DNA of 64,000 bases from Pocillopora damicornis (Eukaryota). The stretch spans positions 372,001-436,000 of the forward strand of contig NW_020845410.1 of NCBI RefSeq assembly GCF_003704095.1, written 5' to 3'. Positions 23,991 through 37,200 of the stretch are shown here, in pieces; positions within the stretch are counted from its first letter, which is position 1; each line of letters starts with the position of its first letter. The position numbers and the translations under genes were made by a program. The notes below the pieces were generated by a model. It ran no database searches, was not told the DNA's origin, and saw only the letters and a program-made list of their open reading frames with translations.

Positions 23991-25225
23991 TTGTACCCAT
24001 TATCGAGACATACAGAATACACCAGACCAAGTTACCACAAAGAGCCGCATAAAACTCGTAATCAAATCATTTGATTTAAAACTGAGCACTCCATGGAAAA
24101 CGAGATTTTGTAATTTTGGTCTGTCCATCCATAGTGGCAAGAATGTCTTCTTTACACAATGTAGTGCACGTGTATATCAGGAAACTTGATGAATGTCATA
24201 CTTTTTCTGATGGAAACTTGCTCGCATGGTTAGGACTTCGAAGAGGAACTACACATTGGTAAACAGTGAACAGTTTTTAGACACTTGAAGACAGTGTTCA
24301 TTCTCCCCTGTAAGTTGTTATAGAATGGCTCGGCTAAATCAGATTTACTTCAAAACAGAGTCAAACTTATTAAAGTTGGCCTAAAATCTGCGAGAATATT
24401 CCAAATTTTTTGAGTTTGGCAGAGGATGAGACCTCTACAGGTTATACAATGTGATGCGCGCCAATACATCGGAACCAGTCGGAGAGCTCTATCTATGTAG
24501 TGATTTGCTTTCATTTTCCCGCCTTTCCATTACTTGTTTTCCACATTATACAGGGCACGCCCATGAGCCATCTTTGAAAAAATAAATAAACCAAGTAATT
24601 TGTATATTGATTGAATTTCACCTGTCGGATTTTACACGAGCAACCAGGAAGCATCATCGAGTAACTGATTGAAAAGAGCTGAAGAACTTTAGAATGTGCA
24701 ATATTTAATCTATTTTCAAAAGTGGATTAGGTTGTTATCAAATGCACCCCTGATTTCGTATTTTTTAGGTACTGGAACTTGAAATAATTGGGAGGGACGT
24801 ATACAGCCTTGCACCGCCTGTCTTTACAAGACAACCTGTGATCTGATTTAAAAACGCCTGAGAGAAAAGACGGATTAACAACTCATTCGAGACATGACCC
24901 AAGCTTTTGTCACCGCACGGGACACCTTGTGACATTTGTTTTGAGTCACAATTTGCTTTTCCCTCATATTTCACTCGTATTTTTGAACCTTGAATAAATA
25001 GGAAAACGTAAATATTTTGAAAAATGCCAAAATAAAGGTGCGTTTTCTTGGTGAAAATAAATTGATCTTATCCTAGCTTCGACGGCGGGTTGCCCAGTTC
25101 AGGTAATTTACCTTAAATAAATAATGATTAAACATCTTTAGCCAATAGAAACTTCGCACACTTCAGATGAAATATAACTCCTGGAAATATAATATCATTA
25201 GCGTTTGCGAGCTAAGATCTTAAAA

Positions 25226-28200
25226 ATGCTGTCCTTTCTCGTTGCTTTAGCTGTAATTACTTGGCCAGGATGTCTTGGCTCTAATAATGTGTACAATCTT
25301 AATGAACGGGACTTCGAAGGGTACATCCGGGACAAAGACATAATGCTGGTAGATTTTTACGCGCCTTGGTGAGTTGTACATGAAAACTTATTGACATTTA
25401 GAATCGTGCGTTAAACGCTTGACTGCGTTCGCTAGCTTACGATATTGTTGACTGGTACAAAAGAACATCTTCTTTAAAGGGCCTTTTCCCTCCCTTTATT
25501 TATCTACTCCAATTCAAATATTGTTAAAAGACAAATTAAGAGGTTTGTTATGCAAATGAGTTATTAAAAGTGCTCTCGCTTTCAATGCTGTTTCTTCATG
25601 TTTGATGAAGAATTATGCGTTTTTCACAGCCATTAGATGGGACTTTATGTATTTTCGTTCGTAATTCTAACGGAGTATAAGAAACGTGTTTCTTCTCCAA
25701 GTTAATAAACAGGCGGCAGGTAGATGGTCTTTCATCACATCCTTGTTTTGAAGAGTTAGAATGACATCGTGGGCGTCAATTGCAATGTTTTAGGAACATA
25801 GAAAATTCACGACAATGTCCAGAGAGCACAAAAGAAACACAACTCTGTGAGATCTTACCTGCAAACTGTAGACTCCAAAAAAAAATCATTAACTTCAAAC
25901 ATAACTGTTGTTTTAGTGACATGTGTTGTTGTTATTGGAGTCATTTTATCAATTATGTCAAGCTCTTTTTCAGTCGAGTGAATAGTTTTCTTGACATTTA
26001 TGAGTGGAAACCGTTCAGATCAAAGCAGAATCACGGGTGAATGTGACCCCACCAAACATTTTTCTCTACCTGTCTTTTTTATTCCTTTCAATCTATGATC
26101 ATGCACAGACTTGAAATGATCAGCCACCGTTTTGTTAATGGTGAAAGGAAAGATGGATTTGGCTGAGGTGTTTTACGACTTTGTCACCTCCCAATCCAGA
26201 TAACTTAGTGAGGTTTTTGAGAAGCTACGTTCGTGAAACACAGTTGAATGTATGGGAATATGTAACGATAAGAAGAATTGCAGCCTCCCAAATTAATAAT
26301 CATATAGTCCAAATAAGGTGGGATCGAGGATGTATACACGCTACCGAGACATGTCAATGGCACGCTTCGTTCAAGCGTGGATTTTTGTGTTGTTTTGTTT
26401 TGTGTTTTAGAGTTTAGAGTGTGGGAAGTGACCTCAAGGGTATTATTTCTCCTCAAGCAATTGTTTTATCTTAACTTCCGCAGATCATTAACTTTTTAGT
26501 AGCTTGACATTGATTTTATCTCTATCAGGTGTACGCATTGTAAAGAACTGAGTCCCGAGATTGATGCAGCCGCTGACCAACTCGCCTCAAAGAATATGTA
26601 TGTGTTTGCAAAGGTGAGTTCACCGTGCTTAGTACGTATGGGGAGGGGAGGGGGTTGTGTGCGATGTGAAATGTTGCTGCTTAAGGCGAAAATGCGGCTG
26701 ATGCATTCTAGCTTGGCACTAAATAGTTTGCCAGTTAACTTATATTTAGCTATCTATTCATTGTTTCATGCTTAAGTATATTTATTTTATTCATTTTCTT
26801 ATTTATTCTCTTGAAAGGTGGACTGTGTCAACGACGGCAAACAGTTGTGTCAGCGGTTTAACATACAGGGTTATCCCACAATTAAGTTGTTCAAGTATGG
26901 TCAATACGTTGGAGATTATGTTGGACAGCGAGACAGAGGTTAGTGAGTGAAGAGAGTAGTTACTATTCACTGCGTCGATGAAGGCTAAGAGGAAACTTCT
27001 ATGATCGACATTGTGACAGTGGAAATCGTGAACATATCATAAGTAATAAACCTTTGCAATATATTTTACTCTGCGCAGGCTCATTGATGCAGTATGTGGA
27101 TTCGGTGGCCTCAACGTTCTCGCAACGTGCACCGCTGGTCAACAGTTTGGCTACACCTTTGGCTCAGTCAATTAACTACAGGCCTCACGCTCAATTATTA
27201 GCTTCGCACCATGCTCCTGCAATTCAGGCAGCAGCCGCAGCCGCTGCGCCGACTTTCGCCAATCAAGCAAACATGCACGCGAAGAACCCATCTCTTATGA
27301 ACTCGTTTTACGGTGCGTCAGCGCATGCGCATCATCCAGCTAACCTGGCCGCTTTTCTGGGCAAGCAACAAGCGAGCCCAGACTCTTTGCAGTCGAAATT
27401 TGGTAGTTTGTCGTCACTCGACATTTATAGAGCTAAACTTAAAATGATCGCAGCCTACAAGAACTATCAGCGTCGCCTTAAAGAGTACAGAATGAAACTG
27501 ACGGCAAGTAAAGCAAACGTGAATCCCAATCCGCAAGCTTTTCCGGGCGCGGTTACTCATCCGCCTCGTCCCGGTGTAAATGCATTCGCTCAGCCCCAGC
27601 CTTATCGCGGGTATTATCGACCAGAGGCCCTAGCAGCCCAGAATGTGCAGATAAACCGTGCGTATCCCCAAGCTGGATACGGTGTGAATACCATGGGTTA
27701 TCCCAACCAGTTTGGTAGTCCTTACGGATATCAAGCTATGGCCAGTAGTCCGTATTACAGAAGTAAAATGGGTCACGGGAAAGAGCAGCATCTTGGGAAG
27801 CAAAGGAGACCTGCACCGCGCCCTGCTGCTGTCAGAAAACCTGCCTACAACCGTCGACCTGGTACAGCTCGAGTCAACAGCCAGGCAGCTTATTATAACA
27901 ATCAACAACACCAGCGACAGCAGCAATTTCAACAAGCTTTCCGGCAGCAATACAACCGACAGCCAAAACAACAGAGACAACAGTTCACACAGAAGTCACA
28001 ACAGCAGTTTCAACAGGAGCCACAGCAAAACCAGCAGCAACAGCAATTTCAACAGGAGCCACAGCAAAACCAGCAGCAACAGCAATTTCAACATGAGCCC
28101 CAGCAACACCAGCAAAAACAACAACAACAGCTTCAACAAGAGCCACAACAACAATTTCAGCAAGAGCCACGAAAACAATTTCAGCAAGAGCCACAGAGAG

Positions 28201-28791
28201 ACCAACAAACCTACAAGCAGCAGCAGGTACTTCCGCTCGGTATTAATTCTGAAACTCGGCTCTAATTTCAGGTGCCTCAAAATACATACCTCAATGAAAA
28301 AAATACATAGAATATAAGCTATAAGAAAAGGCCCTCGAATTCAAGCGACCGTTAAAGGCTTAGGAACACCGATGTTCCAAACGATTCAATCCAAAGATTG
28401 ATTTCTTTGTAACTTTCCATGTCTGTTTGATTTGCAGCAGGCTCAACCTGAGGAGAAGTTTCCTTTATCTCTCCCTGAACAGCCAAGCAGTGCGCCATCA
28501 AAACCAGACACTTCAGCTCTGAAAGATCTGAAAGCAGACATTGAGAGCGCCATCCAGGATGCCCTTAGGAATGCTGTCTCAAAAAGTGCACAGAAGGCTA
28601 AGCCCAGTGAGGAGGTACACGTTGATGGTGAAAGGGCTAAGCCCCAGGTCCCTGCAGCGTCTCCTGAACAAGTGGGATCTGGTTCTGGGGTCCAGACACA
28701 AAATACACCTCACCAGGGTAGCACTGAGGATGCTATGACTGGCGAGACCCACAGTGGTAGTGGGTCGGGTTTAAAACCTGAATCCCGGTGA
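25226..28791 (+). CDS. Secreted single thioredoxin (PDI a-type) domain protein with long Ala/Pro/Tyr- and Gln-rich tail (~616 aa)
   Basis: Exons 25226-25368, 26529-26613, 26818-26938, 27079-28226, 28438-28791 (1851 nt, in frame). Signal peptide MLSFLVALAVITWPGCLG; 'MLVDFYAPW|CTHCKEL'; 'FAK|VDC...LC..FNIQGYPTIKLF'; ends LKPESR with no KDEL. Confidence 0.85.
27900..28226 (+). repeat. Coding Gln-rich tandem repeat (QQFQQEP units)
   Basis: 39-bp unit CAGCAATTTCAACAGGAGCCACAGCAAAACCAGCAGCAA repeated, plus 24-bp units. Confidence 0.85.
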
Positions 28792-29356
28792 AGAGCTAAA
28801 TTAAGAGGCGAGAGGCACCTAACGTTATTCCGAGTATGGAACAAGGATGTTTTTAAACCCAAAATTGCTCTCTGATTTTCAGTGAAGGATTCTCTTCACC
28901 CTGGATTAATTAGTGACATTCTTTTTTGGCGTATCCAGGTTCAATGTTCCTATCAAATCAATCTGCAGGTGGGAATCGTTTGAACGTGATAGTCTTCGAT
29001 CCAGTGTCGTTATTTAGTCCATCGAAAAATCAATGAAATGCGTTAGAAAAGAAATATAATAATTTTATCAGTATGGAGACTTGTTGGCTCGACTGATAGC
29101 AATTCCTTGTCTTTTCATCACTGATTAAAACAATTTTCCTTCCTCTCTCTCATGTTGCGGAAGAAAACAGAAATAAACTATGAAGAATTAAAACGGCCAC
29201 ACTGCTAATTATAAATCTAATAAAATCATATTTTGTAAAAGTCGGAGTACAAATGGAAATAAAATAATTTTTTTATTAATCAGTGTTCTTTATATATGTA
29301 TTGGAAAGTTATTTAGCATATGTTTTCCAAAGAGTTTCAATGTGAATGATTTCCAA

Positions 29357-29518
29357 TCAACCCGCTACACCCAAACATCAGTATGCATATTCTCCATACT
29401 GTTCTCTATACACATCTTAAGAAGCTGACCAGGAGAAATTGTTCGGCAATCAAGAGCTACCCAAGTTGGTGATCATTTCCTTTATTACAGTTACCTTAAT
29501 ATTTGATTCAGGGGTTAA
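29357..29518. mobile_element. piggyBac-like MITE family 1, truncated copy
   Basis: Shares 'CATCAGTATGCATATTCTCCATACTGTTCTCTATACA...' with 37366-37570. Confidence 0.7.
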
Positions 29519-30586
29519 CGAATAATCTTTCTAGGACTCGGCAACAGACACGAGGCGTTACGCTGCACACGCTGACGACATCACTGCGCTTCTTCAATAA
29601 ATCCTCAGCTGATCACACGAAATTAAACCAGCTCAATGGGGAACTCAGTTTCGGATTGGTACAAAAATGGGAATTGTCTCCAAGATAAGGTCTCCGTGTA
29701 TCCCAAGGAAAATTCGCGATATTGAGTTCTCCAGCTTGTGTAGCAAAGTACCGTTTAATATCGATATCGAAAAGCTTGAGTATTTTTATTTGGCAAACTC
29801 GAGAGGACGAAAACAGACAAAATCCTTGCAAACAAAGTCAAATAAGAGCAGTTTTAGATCAATCAGTTGATAGAACTTTTAATTATCCGCCCATTTCACG
29901 GGATGCACATGATATGACTGTGATTTTCCATGCAGCCTGGGTGACCTTTGCCCTCGTAGTACCGACATTTGACTCGTCCATTGCACTAACTTGTGTTTGA
30001 GTTTATTTTAACCCAAATAATTTTATGTGTATCACAGTGTGAGAAACCCACCCTCAACGACTGCTTTTTTCTTGACACTGAGTTGATTTTTACTATCACT
30101 AAGATAAACAAATTCTACATTACCTGAACAGGTCACTTGTTTGATAATCAAATCACCGACAGGTTGAAATTTTAATTCAACAGTTAAGCAAAACTACACA
30201 CCTGTTGTAGGCAATCACCGTGAGAGAAACAATATACAGTAAACAGATATAAGACATACACGCAACGTGATAGTTAATAGAACAAGAACGTGAAGTAGAA
30301 AACATTTTTGGCCTGATTTTGATGGTAAATCAGTGAAAAATTCGCAAAACCAGATCTTTGGTGAAATAATACCGGTAATTTTGTGGGTGATACCACATTG
30401 ATCCCATTACTTACACTTCGAATAACGTGATGCAATACAAAAACTACTCATTGATTGGCGGAGGCGACAACATTAACCAATCAGAGTGCTCGAATATGAC
30501 ATATGAAGGGTAGAATGTGGAGTGCCTTAAATAAATATTTTCGATTTTCTCGTAAATCGCACCCGAATTCCTCAAACAAGTGAACA

Positions 30587-32187
30587 ATGATTGCGGCTAT
30601 ACTTTCCATAGCCTTGTCCCTTGTAGGGACAATTTTTGGCGCTCCAGCCGATCCAGTCTTCAAATTGACTGACAACGATTTTGACCATTTTTTGAAAGAC
30701 AAAGAGACAATGTTGGTGGACTTTTATGCACCTTGGTAAGTTTTGATTTTTATTTTTTGGTTCGTGCTCACAACATAACTGAAAAATGAAGAAGTAGTAA
30801 ACAAAGAATTTCATGGGCAAACTTTTAGAAAGACATAATCAGTTTCCCAAGTACACGGCTCAAACCTAGAGCGTCTATTTTAAGACAAACGGGTGATAAA
30901 GAATCAAGTTGTTTATAAGTTTACGGATGAGTTGTACGACAGGTAGGACATTTATATATGTCACAAAAGTTTTCGTCTGGCTTATGATTTATTTTTCCTC
31001 GATAAGAGTTAATCTTGCTTGTCATTGGTGTTTCTAATACATATTTTGACGAACTGTTTTAACCTTTTATTGCACTCAAAACATTTCCATTTTACTTCTT
31101 TAAAAGAAAATCGAATGAATTCCGAATTCTGTCAGTAACAAAGTCACTCCTTGACGCCGTGTTCTTCGCCACTACTAATAAGAAATTATTCTAACCAAAT
31201 TAGGTGGTATCTTAAGTGATAACTCAGTCCCCTCCCGACCTTTAACGTTTCTTGTTCAAAAAGGGATAGTGCCACTAAAACAAGGAACCAGTAAAAACAA
31301 ATGACAATGTAATCCACCCCTCCCCCTCAGGTGCAGCGACTGTGCCAGATTAAAGCCTGAGTTCGACAAAGCCGCAAATGATTTTGCTCGGAAGGGAAAA
31401 TTTGTTTTCGCTAAGGTTTGTATTGTTACTTTACTTAGAGCTATAGAAATCTAGTGCAAGGCCCCTACAGCCATGCAGTGCAGAGATGAAGAAGGGCATG
31501 AGAGTGGGCGAGTACTCCTTCATCTTCATAGACAGCTTAGCTCTCCATAGAACTTAAAATTATAGCTTTCCCCCTCATCAAAAGCCTATTCAACACGATT
31601 TCTCAAGAGATATTGTGATACGATTACCATATTTGCCTGATACAAGATAGAACTCAGGCCTCCTAAAGAATCGATTACTGTTCTGAACAGATTGATTGCT
31701 TCGGCGAGGGAAGAAGCATCTGCGAAAACAGATTCAATGTACACAGCTGGCCTCAATTGAAAGTTTTCCGCCGAGGTCAATATGCGGGAGAATACAGCGG
31801 AAACCAAGACAAAGGTAGGTCTGCAAGGCGTGTTAATGGTGCCCGAGTGTCTTCGTTAGTCATGTTCTCTTAATTAGTCAGCGGTGATGCTAATCATTAT
31901 ATTTTAATCAAGATAGGTATATCGTACTTATAAAAGATATTTCAAAAGATCTACTTCACTCTTTGATTAAATTTTCCTTTTCTTTTCCAGCTTCTATTGA
32001 AAGATTTGTGAGCAGCCTTATTAAACAAAAAGTGCCAGATAATATTGGTCAGGACCAACCCCAGGAAAACCCGTCGGCAATCAAAGAGAACCCGTATGGC
32101 CCCTGGTACCAAAACGGATGGACTTATACGGCAGTGAGTCCTGGAAATGTCCCTTATCAGAACCCACCCGGCTGGAAAAGAGGATAA
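30587..32187 (+). CDS. Secreted single thioredoxin domain protein, paralog 2 (~184 aa), Pro/Gly/Tyr/Trp-rich tail
   Basis: Exons 30587-30735, 31331-31415, 31691-31814, 31991-32187 (555 nt), with the same intron positions and phases as paralog 1. Signal peptide MIAAILSIALSLVGTIFG; 'MLVDFYAPW|CSDCARLKPEF'; 'IDC...IC..FNVHSWPQLKVF'; ends '...PYQNPPGWKRG'. Confidence 0.85.
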
Positions 32188-34297
32188 GGCTGAAAATATG
32201 CCCAAAAGAAATTAACACTTAACATAGACCCGCAGCAATTTATGAGAGCCTAATGATCAATGGCTACAGCAGTTCACTCATGGAAAAGAGGTCTAGTTTC
32301 CGTGCTAAACCATATTATTTCAACCATATTATACGCAGTCGCTGAACTTGTTAAAATGTTGCATTTTGAAGCGTGCTAGTAATGAGAAAATTATATGCTT
32401 TTTGTAAAAATTAATCGAGGGAAGATATTCCTTTCCTCTTAAGCCTGTTTATCTACTTTCGAACAATTTATTCCAACACTAGCATTACTTTAAAGTGAAA
32501 GTATTTCAAATGAATTTCTCTGGAATGAAAAATTTCAACTTGTCAATAAGTGTGCTAAGTTTGTTTTGTTTAATTAAACGCCAACTTAAGAGTTCTTTAT
32601 CAGATTTGAAATGGCCCCTGATATTGAGGCATCAAGAACACTTTCTCTTAGTCGTTACAAAATGGACGTTCGAACGTGTAAAAATTAATTTTTTTCTTCT
32701 GTCTAAATCTGCCATAAATCTGCCATAAATAGAGCAGCAGAAAAACTAGTGGCAACGGAGCTGTAGAAAAATTTGGTGTTGATTTACTGAAAAGCAGACA
32801 ATTTACAGAGTAGAGACTATTCTTGCAAGGAGTGAAAGCAACTAAAATAGACAAGAATCCAGATGAAGCAGATTCTAATCTCATTTCAGATCTGGAAGAC
32901 ATGTTAGGTTTCATAACTAATAAATTTGTTTCCATAAAGATCACATTCGACTGAACCAGAACAAATTTATCATTTTTAACGTGGAGCACTATACAACTTG
33001 AGTCAAACCAATTTGTAGGTCTTCCTGACACCCTAAGACCTAAAGTGCTTCGGTAAATCAGAGATGAATGTGAATCCAGGGATTGATGACCAGCGCATCT
33101 TTCACGGCGTTAGGGCGTACGGCCGCACACAGAGTTTTAACTTCAACAGACAATTAAGACAGGCAGAGATTTTGCGTTCAGCTGATGACAATAGGGAGGG
33201 GACTGAGTTATCACTTAAGACACAAGCTAATTTGGTTAGAATAATTTCTTATTAGTAGTAGATAATAGAGGATTATTATCGCCACGTTGGAATTTCCCGA
33301 GGACGGTGAAAATGGCGGGAAATATCACTGCCGAAATTGAGGCTTGTTTGATAACAAAAATTTACAGCTAAGAGCAAAAACTCAGAAAATTTAATATACT
33401 CTGTGCAATTTCAAGCCATCAGAAAACATAGCGCAAAATCTAAACGAACATTTTAAACACAATGTCTTAAGTGAAAAATTATGTTTAATCTGGTTTGAGC
33501 AAACAAGACTACAAAACAGCCCCATAACTAGTTGACTGGAAGTTCTACCTCCAATTCAAATAGGACGATTTTTATAAAAGTTATATTTTCAATGCACAAT
33601 ATTTCGACGTACCAGGAAAACGTGTAGTATTCCTGTAACATAGCCTCTCTAGTTCTAAATTTATCTTATTCTAAGCAAATTTAATTTATTTGGGTTCTTA
33701 GTAAAAGACGAGAAATGAAGAAAAAACCTGTTGACGGAATCACAAATATGCATTCTTTCAATGCAAAAATAGAAAACCAACAAACGAAAAAAGGTAGTCT
33801 GTAAAAGCTGGTTGTGTCCGCAAGTCCAGTCTGAGATGGAAAAGTAAAACAGAACGATGAAAAATTAATTAGATAATGATAAGAGGAATAAGAAATATGA
33901 TGAGTGCAATTCCCAAACCAAACTTTGAAGCGAGACTGTGAAAAATACTTTTTAGGTTTAATAGTTACATGTAAAGAGGTTCGGTTTTCCCCCTCTCGGC
34001 ATTCGCTTTTCAGTTTTTCATACCACAGAAAAGCAGTTTCTAGTTTTTCCTACTCACTTGTCTAAATAAATGCTAACCACTATTTCATGCCCGTTTAGAT
34101 CATAGCCCTCGATGCATTTTCGAATTTGAACCATTTTTATGCCGGTTTTCCGTTTCCTGTTAGACGAGGAAGCCTCTCTAAATATAAGTTGGTGGTAATT
34201 GAGCAACCGATTTATATTTATTAACGTCCCGAGAAAAAATTCTAGAACAATTGTTTCAGTACTGGCCTTACCAAGTTTCATTAGACATCCAAGATCG

Positions 34298-37200
34298 TCA
34301 CTCTAATGGCGACAATCTGACCATCACTACACCACTCGGGTTTACAATGGCATGGAAGCTTCCCATGAATGTCCCAAGTTCCTTGTGTTCAAACAGGTCA
34401 CGTGCCTTAGCTTTCTCAGCACTTAAACCAACCTGAAGGAAAAAAAAAACACAATTACTTCAGTCTATTAAATAATATGTTTTTATCTTTGATAACCTTC
34501 AACTTTTTGGGGACATTTTGTAAAGCAACATCATTAATACAATTACTCTATGTTACTAACCAATTTAAAACTTGCTTCCATAGTTTCAGGGGTAGACTCT
34601 GAGTGTGAAAATAACACCACAGCAACTGATCCATCAGACAAGGGCCGTGCCCAGATCTCTTGATTTCCATCCTGAAATAGCAAACAATAACATGGCATCT
34701 AAACCCAGTATGCATAATCTCCATACAGTCCTCAATACATTTCCTAGGGAGCTGACAAAGAGAATTTGTTTAACAATCAAGAGCTTCTTTAGTTGACGAT
34801 AATTCCATATAGTCTTGTGACTTTAATGTATGATTCAGGGGTGATATTATAAAGAGAAATTAGAGGCTAGTCTCTCTTAAGGGTTAACGAAAAACATACA
34901 ATAAAGCATTCAATGAGCTCAAATTCATAAGATTGTTTGAGAGAATGATCAGCATGAAATCATACCAGCATGTCAGCAACTCATAACTAATACCCTAAAG
35001 AGCTGAAGATATGAATTCCTTACCAGCAGAACTCTCCTTCCCATTCTCCCCAGTTTGTCCTGATTGACAGCTATCACATCACTGAAAAATAAACAAGAAT
35101 GGGTTTCTTCAAGTAACTGTTTGACTGACTGATTGATGGCTGGCCCTGTTTTGAGGTTGGCAGATACATTTAACCATTAAACTAGTACCTCTCAAGAAAA
35201 CATTTTCCAAATTTTAGCAGTTTTAGCTGCAATTTTATTAACTGATCAGAAAAACTCTTAGCTCCCAAATTATACATAAATTATTCTGAATACAGAGTTA
35301 ATTAAGAAGTCTCCAATTTACCCATTTTGAAGGATTTCTTTTGCCCATGGTGCAATGTTACGAAGATCAGTGGACATAATTAGGGGCTGAAAAAAGTCAA
35401 ATTACATTGATTCAGTTCACAACCACAGTTGATAGCCTTGAGATCATCTGATTTTAAACTATGAATACAGTAGAAACCAATTAACTCAAACTCCCTGCTA
35501 ACTCCAACAAAATCTGATGGATTTGAGACCATTTTTGAATCATTTACTGAAGCTAACTTGAACTTAGTTGACTCAAACTCCCTCTTAACTCAGACTAATT
35601 TTAATTTTCCCTAGTTCCAATTTACCATGATAACTCAAACTTAAGTAAAAAGGTCATTAAAATGTCTGAACATGGCTGGTTGACACATCCAGTATCTAGA
35701 TTACATTCAACTTGACTTCCCAGACTAAACAGTCATATCAAAAAGTTCATTTAAAACAAACTGAATGTGCCAAAATGACTATTGATTGTAAAAGAATGGT
35801 AAAACCATGATTCCTTATTAATCATTAACAGGATAATTCAAATTCAAATTTCATCCTGATTAACTAGAGCCCCAGTGTAACTTGCCTTATTTTTCATTTC
35901 CCTTAGGAGTTTGAGTTAGTGTGGTTCTATTGTATCTGTGATGTATTTGTGACAAAGCTAATAATAAACTTTAATAATAATTAATAAAACTTTAATTAAC
36001 TTTAATATATTTTAGTGACAAAGCATCATATACAATATTTCAACTTCTTCCCTTACTTATTCTGTCCTTGTGTAAGAGCTATCAAAATCACTGTTTGCCT
36101 AATTGTTCAAGTAAAATACACTATTCATCTATATAAAAGATACTTACAGATGCCATAACAGACCACAGAGCAAACTGTGCCTTTGACTGTTCAAAACTTA
36201 AACTGAAATCACCAATAATGAGCTGAAATAGAACAACATACATTCAAATAAATTCAGATTTTCAATAATCCTGATATGAATCTAAAATCAATAACAGGAT
36301 CAATTTACAAATCAAGCTCAACTACACCTGGGATAGGCATAAGCATAACCTTGAACACTCTGCATCCAGAGACATTTTTTTTTTATCTCAATAGCTTTTA
36401 GCTACTCCTCATACACCAGAAGATGAGTGAGATATCAGGATTAACTGTCCCCCTAATGGCTGTGAGGAATCAGAAACTCCTTAAAATCATTTTTTTCCTT
36501 TTTTTTTTCTTTTTTTCAGTGTAGCTGTGGTAATTAAATCATTTTATTTTCTTCACCATATCAGGGTCATTCCAGTTTCCTGGTCCTGCAACTGGAATCA
36601 TTTCATCTTGATGGTCACCATACCACTTAACAATTGATGTAACACTTTGCCAAGAATCCTGTAGAAAGATAATTAGGAACAAGATTAACATAAGTGTATT
36701 AGTATGTGAACTATTTCAGTTTATATGCTTTGTTTATAAACACAGTACCTGTATGTCATCGTAGTTCCTCCACAAATTACAGTTTTCAGCTATCCATGTG
36801 TAGTTAGGCTGTAAAATTAACACTGCATGTCATTTAATAGTCACATATAGCTTACATTACCAGTCTATTACTTTTAATTATAATTTATATGTGTACACTT
36901 TCTATCAAATTGAGCAAGACATAATAATTTATATTTTTCATAAAGGCTCTGTAGTACTGAAAAGTAACAACAAGATCATAAATGTTCATCTCACGCAACT
37001 TCCTCCTCAGCATGGAAGTCAACATTGTGCACCAAGAAAAATATCATAACAATGAATTCTATCCTCACTGTTTTCTTTGCACTTTGATAGGCAGGCCAGC
37101 TGCAGGAAAATACTATTGGTCTGCCTGTGTTGTTAAGGGCTTTAGTAACCATTGGGTAACCCGTATCCATTTTGTCAGGGTCACTGTAGCAACCATCCAG

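Noticed and set aside
27630-28317. Poly-Leu, poly-Val/Ala and Ser/Asn-rich ORFs overlapping the Gln repeat
   Set aside because: Alternative-frame and antisense shadows of the CAR-rich coding repeat.
29628-29737. Possible pre-miRNA hairpin (imperfect inverted GAACTCA arms)
   Set aside because: Arms are short and heavily mismatched; cannot be supported without folding and small-RNA data.
32150-32187. Amidated GLWamide-like neuropeptide (PPGW-KR-G)
   Set aside because: Amidation needs Gly before the basic site; here Gly follows KR, and there is only one copy.
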